Source: an uncultured delta proteobacterium (GTDB lineage Bacteria > Desulfobacterota > Binatia > UBA9968). From it: a DNA stretch of 64,000 nt. Positions 29,756 to 40,796 of the stretch are shown here, piece by piece. The DNA is taken from positions 224,001 to 288,000 of the forward strand of contig CAVXEP010000022.1 of NCBI GenBank assembly GCA_963760795.1. The letters run 5' to 3'. The notes under the pieces are model-generated. The model worked only from the letters and a program-made list of their open reading frames with translations. It did not search any database and was not told where the DNA came from. How positions within the stretch are numbered: the stretch's first letter is position 1; the number at the start of each line of letters is the position of its first letter. The position numbers were made by a program, and so were the translations under genes.

Positions 29756-31347
29756 TCACAGCGCTTCGAACACGGCCGCGCCACGATCCTCATAGCGCAA
29801 CGCGAATCGCGAGTCGCTCAGGAAATGAAAATAGGCGTTAGCATCGAACTCCTTGAGCAAATAAACATAGCGCGCGCGATAGCGCTCCTTGAGCAACTTA
29901 AACGCATCCACGCCAGCCGGATCGGCACAGTCGCCGGTGGGACAGAGGAGGGAGGGCTGGCGCGCCGCGATTTTCAAACCGGACAAATACAACTGCGGAT
30001 CGAAAGCGTACTGGAAGATCGGGTCCATGCCGCTGGTGTAAACATTCTTGGTGTTCCAGAAAAACAGCTCGGGGAAATAGGACCAGCGAAAATTAAACAC
30101 GACATCGCCGGGGTTGGAGTTGGCATGGAGCCAGCGTGCCGCCGGCTCAGCTTGATTGACATCCCAGCCAAGCGCGACCACGCGATGGCGCTGCGTCACG
30201 CCGTAAACCGCCAACACGCTGAACAAACCGACAACGGCGAGGCGCGGCCAATTTTTGCCAGGCATGATCTCGCCGACCGCCAGTGCCAGCACCAGCACGC
30301 CGAAAGCCGAACAAAAATCGAAACCGCGGCGGGCAAACAAGATCGCGACTAGGAAGAAAACCGATGACAGCATCGCGCTCAGCAGTAGCGCGGTTTTTAT
30401 TGACACGGCGAACTGGGATCGACTGGCGATGGCGCGCCACAGGAGAAACAGCAGACTTGCCAACCACAGCAGGATAAACGGCAGATAGTTGCTGTAGTAA
30501 GCGAGCACCAACGGGCGCAGCTCGGAGCCGAATTCGAGCGGCGCATGAGCGAGGTTCGCAAGCGTAAGATCGACAACTTGAACATAAGCGATCGACGCCG
30601 CGCCCAACGGATTGGGCCGCAGCAGCCAGCCGGCGACGAGCCCCGCGCAGCCCGCAACGAACTCTTGCCAGCGCAGTTCCTTATCCGTGAAAATTTTTAT
30701 CGCCGGAAATAAACCGAGCAAGATCAGCGGCGCGAAGAAAAGACTCAAATGGACCCAGGCGATGGCAAAGGCGATGACAAAGACGCCGCGAAGATTGCCG
30801 AGCACGATCTGCGCCAGTAACAGCACGGTCAGTCCGAGCGAGAGCACTTGCGGCCGCAGCATGGTGACGCGGTGCAGCAGAAACGCCGAGGATACCAGCA
30901 GTGCGAAATGGCCAGAGCCATGCCGGCTTGAGATCGAGCTTTACGCAAGCGCAATAAATCGTCAGGAGAAACGCCCAGGTCAGAACCACCCCGGCCAGAC
31001 GCATGGCCAACACCGGATCGCCGATCCAGGTAAACGGTATCAAGAGGACATGAAAGCCGTACCAAATATCCGCCGAGTATTTACCGATGACCGAAAAGGG
31101 AATCCACGGAAACGCCGGCGAAAATAAATTTTCCTCGCCATAGAGCGCCGCGTGGCGGAAATGATAAAAGCCGTCGGGGTCGGCGAACTTGTCCGAGCTA
31201 AAATGCAACAGCGCCGAAACGATCAATGCGATGAGCGCAAAGATCAGCGCTTGACCGCGCGCGCTAAGCGCGGCAACCAGGCGGCGCCGATTAATTTCGC
31301 CTTGCGCTTTCCGCGCCGCTGCGCCGCTGTTTTCGCAACTTAGCCAT
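29756..31347 (-). CDS. Multi-pass membrane protein, GT-C (ArnT/PMT-like) glycosyltransferase-like (frameshifted)
   Basis: D.DGFYH near the N-terminus, W.GFH..L.PF, many TM helices, soluble C-terminal domain; ORFs 30681..31226 and 29756..30862; start uncertain. Confidence 0.55.
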
Positions 31348-31518
31348 TATCGTTGCGCCAACCGTAGCCGAGATTCTACATTCAATCAAAGCGAACGGCG
31401 TCGCAGCTGCGATTCACGCTTATTTCGGTAAATCGTCAGCGATTCGACAATGTCGGGGCAGACTCCTGTGTTTGCCCTCTGCGCACCGGCGCCAGCGCAT
31501 TCTTGCTGGCTGCATTCG

Positions 31519-31769
31519 CTAGCCCGGATTATTCATCCTACCAGGAAAGCTGACAACAGAGTGTCGATCGAGGTGGAACCCTGTAGAAGCGAAAGGCATC
31601 AGCGCCAAAGGTTCATCGTCATGGTCAGTGCTCGGCAATATGTTTGACCTTTTCATAGGTAATTTCACGGCAGTTCGCTGCGCTTGCCGCTTCAAGGCAG
31701 AGCCGCTTTGCCTTCGCTCCGGAAGGGTTTCGCCGCGATCCCTGTTGCACCACGAATGATCCGGGCTAG
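31519..31769. mobile_element. MITE / internally deleted IS with 18-bp terminal inverted repeats
   Basis: Left ctagcccggattattcat; right end reverse-complements to ctagcccggatcattcgt (16/18 identical); both ends CTAG; no transposase inside. Confidence 0.65.
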
Positions 31770-31789
31770 GTCAGTTGCCGTGCAGAGAC

Positions 31790-31880
31790 TTATTTATTGA
31801 TGCCGTAGGCCGCGTAGGTTCGCTGCAAGAAGCCGCTCTCTTCGAGTTTTCTGAGCATAAATAAACCATCGAATCCCGTT
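31790..31880 (-). pseudogene. C-terminal remnant of an SsuA/NMT1-type binding protein
   Basis: LRKLEESGFLQRTYAAYGINK* resembles the LE.SGF..LY termini of intact paralogs in this window. Confidence 0.5.
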
Positions 31881-31916
31881 TTTATCGAACGCAAACGCAT
31901 CAAGCGACTTCGCTGG

Positions 31917-32948
31917 TCAGCTAAAACCGAAGGTCTGGCGGAACGATTTCTGATGGCCGTCGATATTGCGAAAGACCGTGTCCCAATTGGAATCCCAAAA
32001 ACGAATGCCTTTGAGCTTGAGCAAAGAGCCGGTGAGCTCGACATCCGCGCGCACCGGGTAGCGCAGCGCGATGTTTTGGATCGCCCGCTGCCCTTCCTGC
32101 GACAGAATAAAATCGATGAATAGTTTGCCGGCATTACTGTGGGGCGCGTTCTTGGCTAGACCGATGGCGACTGGCGGGCGGTTGTATCCGGGCTCGGCGA
32201 CCACCCAGTCGAGCGGGCAGCCTTTTTGTTTAAGTCTTTCGGTGTGATGAAAATGAATGCCGATCATCAGCGGGAACTCGCCGGCGCACAAAAGCTCGAT
32301 GGCGAGGCTCGGATCGCGGCCGTAGCGCAGCTCCTGCTGCGCCAGCCGGCGCATAAACTGCGGCGCCTTTTCTTTGCCCATGATTTCGACCATGGTGGCG
32401 TACCACTCGATGTCGTCCTCGTTGAGCCACATTTTCCCTCTCCACTTGGGCAAGAGAAAATCGTCATGGGCACGTGGCGCTTCGGCGCGGGAGATTTGTT
32501 TGGTGTTGAAAGCCGTGACGAAGCTCACTGTGTACGCCGCCGTCCAGTAACCTTCTTTGTCTTTTAGGTTGTTGCTGATTGTCGATCGTTCCGGCGAGGG
32601 GTATGGCGCCAACGCCCCCTTCTGCGCCAGCAGCCAAGCTTGCAGGCCGCCGATGCCGCCGTAGACATCGGCGCTAAACAGCCCGGCGCGCTGCTCGCGG
32701 AGAATTCTTTCGTAAACCGCGGTAGTTCCTTGACGGTGATAGTTGCTCTTGATCGCCGGATACTTGTGATTGAACTGCTTGATCAGCGCGTGCATATGGT
32801 CGATCTGCGTGGTGCCGTAGATCATCAAGTTGCCTTCCTTGACCGCGGCTTTCACCAGCTCGTCAGACGCGCCGTTGGCGCCACTGTCGAACAACGCAAA
32901 AGTGACCGCCAAGGCCCCTAAGAACGCTGGTGTTTTGAATGGTACCAT
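31917..32948 (-). CDS. Fe(III)/AfuA-like extracellular solute-binding protein
   Basis: MVPFK signal peptide; AVKEG.L.IYG, PKWRGK, APH.NAGKLFIDF.LS.EGQ. Confidence 0.85.
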   Translation of the reverse strand: MVPFKTPAFLGALAVTFALFDSGANGASDELVKAAVKEGNLMIYGTTQIDHMHALIKQFNHKYPAIKSNYHRQGTTAVYERILREQRAGLFSADVYGGIGGLQAWLLAQKGALAPYPSPERSTISNNLKDKEGYWTAAYTVSFVTAFNTKQISRAEAPRAHDDFLLPKWRGKMWLNEDDIEWYATMVEIMGKEKAPQFMRRLAQQELRYGRDPSLAIELLCAGEFPLMIGIHFHHTERLKQKGCPLDWVVAEPGYNRPPVAIGLAKNAPHSNAGKLFIDFILSQEGQRAIQNIALRYPVRADVELTGSLLKLKGIRFWDSNWDTVFRNIDGHQKSFRQTFGFS

Positions 32949-32977
32949 CGTGCCTCCGTCGAGCACGCATTCGGCGA

Positions 32978-34117
32978 TTAGAGCAGCCAGTTGAGATCGT
33001 AGAGCCGCACGGCGTTGGCGAACGTGAGTTTGCGCTGCAGCTCCGGCTTCAGGTGGCCCATGGTCTCGCGAATAAAAGTTTGCGAATCGGGGAAAATACC
33101 GTCGGCGTGGGGATAGTCCGAGGCCCAACAAAAACTCTCCGCGCCATATTCTTCCGCCAACAACGCTCCGACACGGTCGTCCTGAAACGTCGCCCAGACT
33201 TGCCGGTTAAAAAGCTCGGTCGGTTTGGTGCGGATCAGATCGTCGTACATGCCTTCCTTGAATTTCACGTCGAGACGCTCCAGCAAATAGGGAATCCAGC
33301 CGATGTGGCTTTCCGCCATGACGACTTTCAGGCCGGGATGACGTTCCAGCGCGCCGCACAGCAGGATCGCCACCAGGCATTCGTCGGCCTGCATCGCCAC
33401 CACCGCCTGGTGCGTCGCGTGGGAAACCCGCGGCAAATCGCCCTTGAGCTTCTGCTCGACGCTGATCGGGCCGCAGGTCGTCGTGCCATGGCCGACGCCG
33501 ATGTGAAATGATAGCGACACTTGATTTTCTTCCGCCGCACTCCACATCGGCTCCCACATCTGATGCCAGATCGGCTCCGGACCGTTGAACCAGTCGATCA
33601 TCGCGCCGCGCAGCCCCAAGCCATGCCCGCCGATGCGGCGCAGCTCCTGGCTCGCCGCTTCGGCGGAAGTCGCCGGGATATTGGCGATACCGATGAAGCG
33701 GCGTGGATTGTAAGAGCAGAACTCGGCGAGAAAATCGTTGTAAGCTTGATAGGTCGCGGCGATGACCTCGGGATTTTTGATGCTGTCCTCGACGAAGCGG
33801 ATGCCGTAGATGATTTCCGCTTCGATGCCGTCCATATCCATGTCGGCGAGCCGGAGCTTCGGATCAGGCGGATGGCTCGGCTGCCAGCCGGCTTCCGCCA
33901 TGCGCCGACCGCGATGGGTGGTCATTTGTCCGCGCCCCATCCACGCCGCGTGGGTGCCCATGTTGGCGCCGTCGCCGATCCAGGTGGGCTTGCCACTGAC
34001 ATCCTCCACGTGGGGCACGCGGTCGCGCAAGTGGGCCGGCGCGCGTGAAGTAAATGTATCAGCCGGCAGATAAAACAAATCCATATGCCCATCAGCCGAA
34101 ACGATCTTGTTAGCCAT
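32978..34117 (-). CDS. Amidohydrolase_2 family protein
   Basis: SADGH, RLADMD.DGI, AYND.LAEFC, FHIG, ESHIGWIPY.L.RLD, WASDYPH.D. Confidence 0.9.
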   Translation of the reverse strand: MANKIVSADGHMDLFYLPADTFTSRAPAHLRDRVPHVEDVSGKPTWIGDGANMGTHAAWMGRGQMTTHRGRRMAEAGWQPSHPPDPKLRLADMDMDGIEAEIIYGIRFVEDSIKNPEVIAATYQAYNDFLAEFCSYNPRRFIGIANIPATSAEAASQELRRIGGHGLGLRGAMIDWFNGPEPIWHQMWEPMWSAAEENQVSLSFHIGVGHGTTTCGPISVEQKLKGDLPRVSHATHQAVVAMQADECLVAILLCGALERHPGLKVVMAESHIGWIPYLLERLDVKFKEGMYDDLIRTKPTELFNRQVWATFQDDRVGALLAEEYGAESFCWASDYPHADGIFPDSQTFIRETMGHLKPELQRKLTFANAVRLYDLNWLL

Positions 34118-34383
34118 CGGAGTTTCCCCCTTTCTAAAAGATAAATTCGTGAGCAGTGATCGACGCGCGGCCGGACAGAGGTTGATGCAGCGGACAATAG
34201 TTCCAATCGAGCCGCAGCGTCAAGGGGCGCGCGGTTTGACCGCGCTTGCACTTGCCGCCACCGAGTTCTAGCGAAGTTTGCACAGGCTAGGTCCCCGCGT
34301 ACTGGTTTCTCGGTTTACAAGAACCGAGTTCTTGAGATGAATTCGACGACGCTCGGCTCTTCGTCGCTTCACGGCCCACCATG

Positions 34384-35344
34384 TCAGGGCAAGCTAAAGA
34401 CGATCAGTTGGTCCGTCACCCCGCCTGATCCAGGTTTCAACGATCCGGCGACGAGGTAGACACGACCGCCGGTGGTCGCGGCGGCGGTCCCGTGCCGGCC
34501 GCCGGGCATGGGGGCCAGCGTTCGCCAACTTTTGGTTTTCGGATTGTAGGCTTCGTTCTCGGCGAAGGTATTGGGCGCAAGCTCGCCGCCCAACACCAGA
34601 ACCATGCCTTCGTAGAGCGTCGCGGCGAGGCCGCTGCGCGCGGTCGGCAGCGGCGGCCCCGACGTCCAGGAGTTCGGTCGCCGGGTCGTAGATGTCGTGC
34701 ATATCGGTTTTGTCATTGCTCGCGCCGAAGCGTCCGCCGATCGCATGAATCTTTCCTTCGGCGGCGACCAGCGCCATATGATCGCGCGCCTTGGGCAGCG
34801 GCGGCGCGCTCACTCCAAGCGTTGGTCGCCGGATCGTAGACCTGGTGCGTCGTCGACGGTATCACCCGCCGGAGTGCGTCCACCGACCGCGTGAATCTTG
34901 CCGTCGAGCGCGGTGACGCCGACCGAGCCCAGACCCACCTTGAGCGGGCTGAGCGCGCGCCAGCTGTCCGCGGCGGGGTCGTATTCGAGCACATGGGGTT
35001 GCCCGTCCTTGTGCGTCGAGCCGACAAAGCCGCCGACGGTGTAAATCTTGCCGTTCAATACCGCCGCGCCGATGTGGTCGAGTCCGTGCGGCAGCGGCGC
35101 GCGGGTGCGCCAGCGATCGGTGGCGGGATCGTATTCATCGTGGTAGGTCCCCGCCACGCCCTGCTACGCCGCCGCCGATCACATGAATTTTACCGCCCAC
35201 CGCCGCCAGCGCCACTTCATTGCGTGGAGTCGGGATCGGCGCTTTCATCGTCCAGCTTCCCGGCGATTGCGCGTAAACCGTCGACACGCCAAGCACGATG
35301 GCGAGGGCGGCGAACTTTAAAAATTTCCATGACCGCTTATGCAT
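34384..35344 (-). CDS. Secreted Kelch-repeat (galactose oxidase-like propeller) protein (frameshifted)
   Basis: Signal peptide MHKRSW...AQ; repeated GKI...GG, YDPATD.W...APLP..R units over four ORFs. Confidence 0.82.
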
Positions 35345-35562
35345 CGTGTCCTCCGTTCCGCTTTCAGGGCTGTCAAATTCGCGAAAAATCCAACCGTGAA
35401 ATAACGCTGCCCTAACTGCCCGAGCAGCGTACGGACAATAGTTCCAGTCGAGCCGAGCCGTCAAGACGCTACGGCATCGGTCGCTAGCGCAGCGCGCGGG
35501 CGCGCGGCGGTTTGTCGTTGGCCGATCTTTGATATAAAAAATTGACAGCGAAGATTCACCAC

Positions 35563-36798
35563 ATGACTGCACAACCGAGCCGTCTCTCGTTATTCCGCCA
35601 GCGGGATTTTTGCGTCTTCTGGACCGGTTCGTTTCTCTCCAGCATGGGCACGCAGTTCACCACGGTGGCGATGGCCTGGCAGATCTACGAGCTGACCAAT
35701 TCACCCATGCAAATCGGCCTGCTCGGCTTAGCCCGCGCTTTGCCGCAGATCGTTTTGCTGTTGGTCGGCGGCCTGCTTGCCGACGCCATGGACCGGCGCA
35801 AGCTCATGATGTGCACACAGACCGGGCTGTTCTGCATATCGACCACCCTGGCGCTGCTCACTTATTTCGGCAAAGCTTCGCCGCATATGCTTTACGCCGC
35901 GACCATGCTGCTGGCGATCTTCACGTCGTTGGAACAGCCGTCGCGCCAGTCGATGATTCCCAATCTGGTGCCGCGCGACCATTTGGCCCAAGCGCTGGCG
36001 CTGCAAGGCACGCAACGCTACGTGCCGGTGATCGCCGGACCGTCGCTCGCCGGCGTGGTTCTCGCCTTCTCCGGTCCAGCCGCCTGCTATGCCGTCGATG
36101 CCTGCTCTTGGCTGGCGATGCTCTCGGCCTTGCGAATGCTCCGCACCAAGATCCCCGAAGGCGGCGGCTGGAAGAGCGTCTCGCTCGCGTCGTTGCGCGA
36201 AGGCTGGGCTTTCGTCTGGTCGCACAGCGTGATTTTCCCGCTGATGCTGCTCGACTTCAGCGCGACGTTCTTTGGCAACGCGCGCGGATTATTTCCGATC
36301 TTCGCCCGCGACATCCTTTTCGTCGGGCCGGCAGGACTCGGATTGCTCTATGCCGCTCGTGCCGTCGGCTCGCTGCTCGCCGCCATCGGCATGACACTGC
36401 TTGGCCCGGTAAGACGGGGCGGCCGCTGGATCGTCATCGGCATCGGTATTTACGGACTGTCCACAGCGCTGTTCGCTCAGTCGCAGCTATTTTGGTTTTC
36501 CGTGATCATGCTCACGCTGACCGGCGCCGGCGACACCATCAGTTCGATCCTGCGCTCGACCATCAATCAGTTGAGCACGCCCGACGAATTGCGCGGCCGC
36601 ATGTCGTCGATCAACAGCATTTTCACCAGCAATGGACCGCAGCTGGGGCAATTCGAATCCGGGCTCGTCGCCGCTTGGCTCGGCGCCCAGATGTCGGCGC
36701 TCACCGGCGGGCTGGCGACGTTGATGATTCTGGCGGCGGTGACGGCCGGATATCCTGTGCTGCGACGCTATCGGATGCCACAGACTGGCATGACATAG
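35563..36798 (+). CDS. MFS transporter (EntS/H+ antiporter-like)
   Basis: About 12 TM; AWQIYELT.S...G, GG.LADAMDRR, TPDELRGRM. Confidence 0.88.
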   Translation: MTAQPSRLSLFRQRDFCVFWTGSFLSSMGTQFTTVAMAWQIYELTNSPMQIGLLGLARALPQIVLLLVGGLLADAMDRRKLMMCTQTGLFCISTTLALLTYFGKASPHMLYAATMLLAIFTSLEQPSRQSMIPNLVPRDHLAQALALQGTQRYVPVIAGPSLAGVVLAFSGPAACYAVDACSWLAMLSALRMLRTKIPEGGGWKSVSLASLREGWAFVWSHSVIFPLMLLDFSATFFGNARGLFPIFARDILFVGPAGLGLLYAARAVGSLLAAIGMTLLGPVRRGGRWIVIGIGIYGLSTALFAQSQLFWFSVIMLTLTGAGDTISSILRSTINQLSTPDELRGRMSSINSIFTSNGPQLGQFESGLVAAWLGAQMSALTGGLATLMILAAVTAGYPVLRRYRMPQTGMT

Positions 36799-36985
36799 GA
36801 GCACTACGCGGCAAGATTCTTGGCATGAGCACGGTGGAGTCGTTGACCGATATTTTACTGCGCGAAGGACTGCGCTTTAACACCCGCTCCGACAAATCCA
36901 ATTTCTTTTTGCGAACTTTGCGTTCTTTGCGGTTAAGTCTTTTATCTTCTTCGCTTGCGGCGGAACTGCGCTCGGCCCTTGGTGA

Positions 36986-38468
36986 TTAAGCGTCTTTTCT
37001 CTTGCTCTTAAATATCGGCCAAATCAAAAACGCTACCGTCAGTCCAATCAGCACGGCGCATATCGGCCGTGTCAGAAAAATGCCAAAACTGCCGCGCGAG
37101 ATTAACAGCGTCTGGCGCAAAGATGTCTCCATGATCGGCCCGAGCACCATGGCGAGAATGAATGGCGCGCCTTCGTAGCCGACGCGGCGCAGGACGAAGC
37201 CGGCGACGCCGAAGGCGAGCATGATGACGATCTCGGCGACGTTGGCATTGAGGCTGTAAACGCCGATCAAGCAGAAAAGTAATATTAACGGGAAGAGAAT
37301 CGCGTAAGGCGTTTTTAGCAACCGCACCCAGATGCCGATCAGCGGTAGGTTGAGAATCAGCAGCATGGCGTTGCCGACGTACATGCTGGCGATGAAGCCC
37401 CAGAACAGTTCGGGATATCTGGCGATGAACAGCGGGCCTGGCTGGATGCCGTGGATCATCAGCGCGCCCATGAACAGCGCCATGATCGCGCTGGTGGGGA
37501 TGCCGAGCGAAAGCAGAGGAATGAACGAGCCGCGGTGGCGGCGTTGTTCGCCGCTTCCGGGCCGGCCACGCCTTCGATGACGCCGGTGCCGAATTTTTCC
37601 GGATAGCGCGACAAGCGTTTTTCCATGGCGTAGGAAACGAACGACGCGATCACCGGTCCGGGCCCGGGAAGAATGCCGAGAAAAAATCCGAGCGCCGAAC
37701 CGCGCGCGATCGGCGCCGCGCTGTCGCGCCAATCTTGGCGATTGGGCAGCAACCCTTGGATCTTGGTTTCATAGACCGACTGCTGGCCCAGGACGACCAG
37801 ATTTTCCAAGACTTCGGCGATGCCGAACAATCCCATCGCCACCGGTACCAGGCCGAAGCCATCGCGCAGCGTCAACGTGCCGTAGGTAAACCGCTCCTCG
37901 CCGGAGATCGGGTCCATGCCGACGGTGCCGGCGAGCAGGCCAAGCACCGCCATGATCAACGCTTTGACCATCGAGCCCTGCGACAGATAGGCGACCAACG
38001 TCAACCCAGTGAGCGTGAGGGCGAAATATTCCGGCGGGCCGAAGCTGAGCGCCGCTCTACCTAGTAACGGCGCGAGCAACATCAGGCCGACCACCGCCGA
38101 CGGTGCCGGCGATGAACGAGGCGAAGGCGGAAATGCCTAACGCCGCGCCGGCGCGTCCCTGGCGCGCCATCTTGTAGCCATCGAGACAGGTGACGACCGA
38201 CGCGGTTTCGCCGGGAATATTGATTAGGATAGAAGTCGTCGAACCGCCGTACATGGCGCCGTAATAAATTCCCGCGAGCATGATGATCGCGCTGGCCGGC
38301 TCCATCTTGAAGGTAATCGACAGTAAAAACGCCACCGCGCCCACCGGACCCAAGCCCGGCAACACACCAACCAAAGTACCGACCAAAGCGCCGAGAAAGC
38401 AGAACAGCAGGTTCATCGGCGTCAATGCCACCGACAAGACCTAGGGCAAAGTTTTGCAGCAGCTCCAC
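36986..38468 (-). CDS. tctA: TctA permease, second copy (frameshifted)
   Basis: Four ORF pieces give [44 protein letters not shown]. Confidence 0.85.
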
Positions 38469-38469
38469 G

Positions 38470-38925
38470 CTAGATCCTGAAGATTCCGGCGGGCAGGGGC
38501 ACGCCCAAGAGCCAGGCGAATAAGCCGTAAGAAAGCAGTGAAGTGACCAGTGAGACGATAAAGACTTTCGACCATCGCGGCGCCTCGATGGCGCGTAGGA
38601 GCAACACCATCAGGAAAAATGTCGCGAGCAAAAAGCCCAAGCGCTCCAGCACCAAGGCGAAGCCGAGCACGGTCGCCAGCGTAGCGCCGATGCGAATCCA
38701 GCCATCGCTGGCGATCTTGCCGGGGGCGTCAGCGGTTTCGGGCTGGCGTAACGCGCGAAACAGCTCGACCAGAGTGAGCAGGACTAATAGAACCCCAAGG
38801 ATCCGCGGGAAAAAGCCGGTCTGCGGCACGCGGAAACTGCCGGCCCGGAGCTTGCTCGATTCAAACAAGACATAGGCGGCCAGACCGGCGAGCGCTGCGG
38901 CGGCGGTGATGTCGAATCGTTTCAT
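38470..38925 (-). CDS. tctB: TctB small subunit, second copy
   Basis: MKRFDIT..., P.TGFFP, ERLGF.LAT, LF..LLGVPLP.G. Confidence 0.82.
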   Translation of the reverse strand: MKRFDITAAAALAGLAAYVLFESSKLRAGSFRVPQTGFFPRILGVLLVLLTLVELFRALRQPETADAPGKIASDGWIRIGATLATVLGFALVLERLGFLLATFFLMVLLLRAIEAPRWSKVFIVSLVTSLLSYGLFAWLLGVPLPAGIFRI

Positions 38926-39179
38926 GCGTTCTGGGTTGCACACCAGCAAAGCGCGAGCGAGGTGCAAGCCTGGAGTTGTGAAGACACCCAAGCGTGCGAT
39001 TACATCGTCTGAGTCGTATTGGCCAAGTCGCTGTGTTGGATTCGCAGTGATTTCGCGCAGCGCAAACGATCGCCACCCACTTAGAGGCGGCAGCATGGTC
39101 TTCATGACGGCAGGGTAGCGCCTCGCTGGCAGCCTCAGTTTCAACGGCGCAACGGTGCTAAGTGAGCGACGCGCAATAT

Positions 39180-40140
39180 ATTGACTAATTTTGGCGGCGC
39201 GCGCCACTTCGCTCCACTTACGCTCTTCTTCGGAAAGGAACTTGGCGAACTCGCCGGCGCCGAGGTTTTCGATCAAGGCTTGCGCCTTTTCGATGTTGGC
39301 CGTGGCTTCGGGGTCTTTCAAGCTATCGCTGATCGCCGCGGCGAGTCTCTTCACCACCGCCGGCGGCGTCTTGGCCGGCGCAAAGAAGCCGACCCAAACT
39401 TTTAGATTGAGTTCCGGATGGCCCTTCTCGACGGTGGTGGGAATGTTGGGAAAGTCTTTGAGGCGGCGATTGGACGCCACCGCCAGCGCGCGCAGCGTGC
39501 CGGCTTCGACATGGCTCCGAGTCGTGCCCCGGAGTGTGCAACCCGACATTCGCACATGACCGCCCAACACCGCCGTCGCCGCCGCCGACTCGGAACCCAG
39601 GGGCACATGAGTCATGTCGATGCCGGTCTTAAGCTTCACCAACTCGCCGATGAAATGCGGCGTCGTGCCCGGACCGGCTGAGCCGTAGGTGAGTTGCCCA
39701 GGGTTCTTCTTAGCCTCGGCGATGAACTCCTCCAAGGTTTTCCACGGCGCATCGCTCTTCACCACCGTGGTGTTCGGGCTGCTGGTGGCCAGCGCCAGCG
39801 GCGCGAAATCTTTCAAGGTGAAACTCGAATTCTTGTTAACGATCGGGATCAGCGCGATCGGCGGCGGCGTGACCAGGATCGTGTAGCCGTCCGGCGCCGC
39901 GTCCTTCGCGGCTTGGATGCCCACCGCGCCGCCACCGCCGGCTTTGTTGACGATCACCACCTGCTGCCCCAACGCCGCCGACATCTTGGGCGCGAGAATG
40001 CGCGCAACGATATCGGTCACCGCGCCGGGAGGAAACGGATTGATGATCTGAATCGTCTTGACCGGGTACTGCGCCTGTGCCGCCGGCACAGCGAACATAA
40101 CCGCCGCCAGAGCGATAATTTTCCATTCAAGCTTGATCAT
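39180..40140 (-). CDS. tctC: TctC/Bug binding protein, second copy (no stop; reads through into tctB)
   Basis: YP.K.I.II.PFPPG...D..AR, NK.GGGG, PDGYT, HVP, E..KW..VARAA.I. Confidence 0.85.
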
Positions 40141-40240
40141 GATGCCTCTCTTTGGCAGACTTTTGCTTGCTAGCTTTCCTCTCGCCGCACTTCCTGCTAA
40201 CAGAATCGCCGGGGAAGTGTCAATCTTTTCTCCAGGAACC

Positions 40241-40269
40241 TTGACAGCAACGGTCGGGTTGCCTAGAAC
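40241..40269 (+). promoter_or_regulatory. Putative sigma70 promoter of comDE
   Basis: TTGACA-17 bp-TAGAAC, 20 bp upstream of the ATG. Confidence 0.5.
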
Positions 40270-40289
40270 CGACCAGAGGTTAATCGAAT

Positions 40290-40784
40290 ATGGGAACCAT
40301 CGCCGGAGCGCAGAATATTTTAGCCGGCCTCAAGGGCGCGGGTATCGATCTGGTGGCGAGCGTGCCGGACATCAACATGCTCCAGCTGCTCAATCTGCTT
40401 TATCAAGACAAAGAGATCGCCCATGTGCCGGTGGGGCGCGAAGAAGAAGGCATCGGAGTCTGCGCCGGCGCCCATCTCGCCGGCAAATTCCCCGCCATGC
40501 TGATGCAGAACGGCGGCCTGCTCAACAGCGCCAACGGACTGACCACGACCGCGCTGCAATTCGGCATTCCGGTTGTCCTGTTGATTTACTACGCCGGCGA
40601 TATCGGTGACAACGCCTTCCACATGGTCGGTTTGGTCACCGAGCCCGTGCTCCAGGGCCTCGGCATCAAATATATCGTCATGCGCGACCCGGCCAAAGTG
40701 AAGCAGGAGATTGCCGGGGCGGTCACCTTGGCGAATTCTTCCAAACGACCGGTGGCGCTACTGTTAACCCGCGCCGTGCTGTAA
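40290..40784 (+). CDS. comD: Sulfopyruvate decarboxylase alpha subunit-like (TPP enzyme Pyr domain)
   Basis: SVPD, REEEGIGVCAGA.L.G..PA.LMQN.G..N..N.L. Confidence 0.8.
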   Translation: MGTIAGAQNILAGLKGAGIDLVASVPDINMLQLLNLLYQDKEIAHVPVGREEEGIGVCAGAHLAGKFPAMLMQNGGLLNSANGLTTTALQFGIPVVLLIYYAGDIGDNAFHMVGLVTEPVLQGLGIKYIVMRDPAKVKQEIAGAVTLANSSKRPVALLLTRAVL

Positions 40785-40796
40785 GCGAGAGTGACT

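Noticed and set aside
35610-36989. 459-aa alternative-frame ORF over the MFS gene, and similar long shadow ORFs (e.g. 58084..58908, 60994..61851)
   Set aside because: Arg/Ala/Pro-rich out-of-frame or antisense products expected at high GC, overlapping well-supported genes
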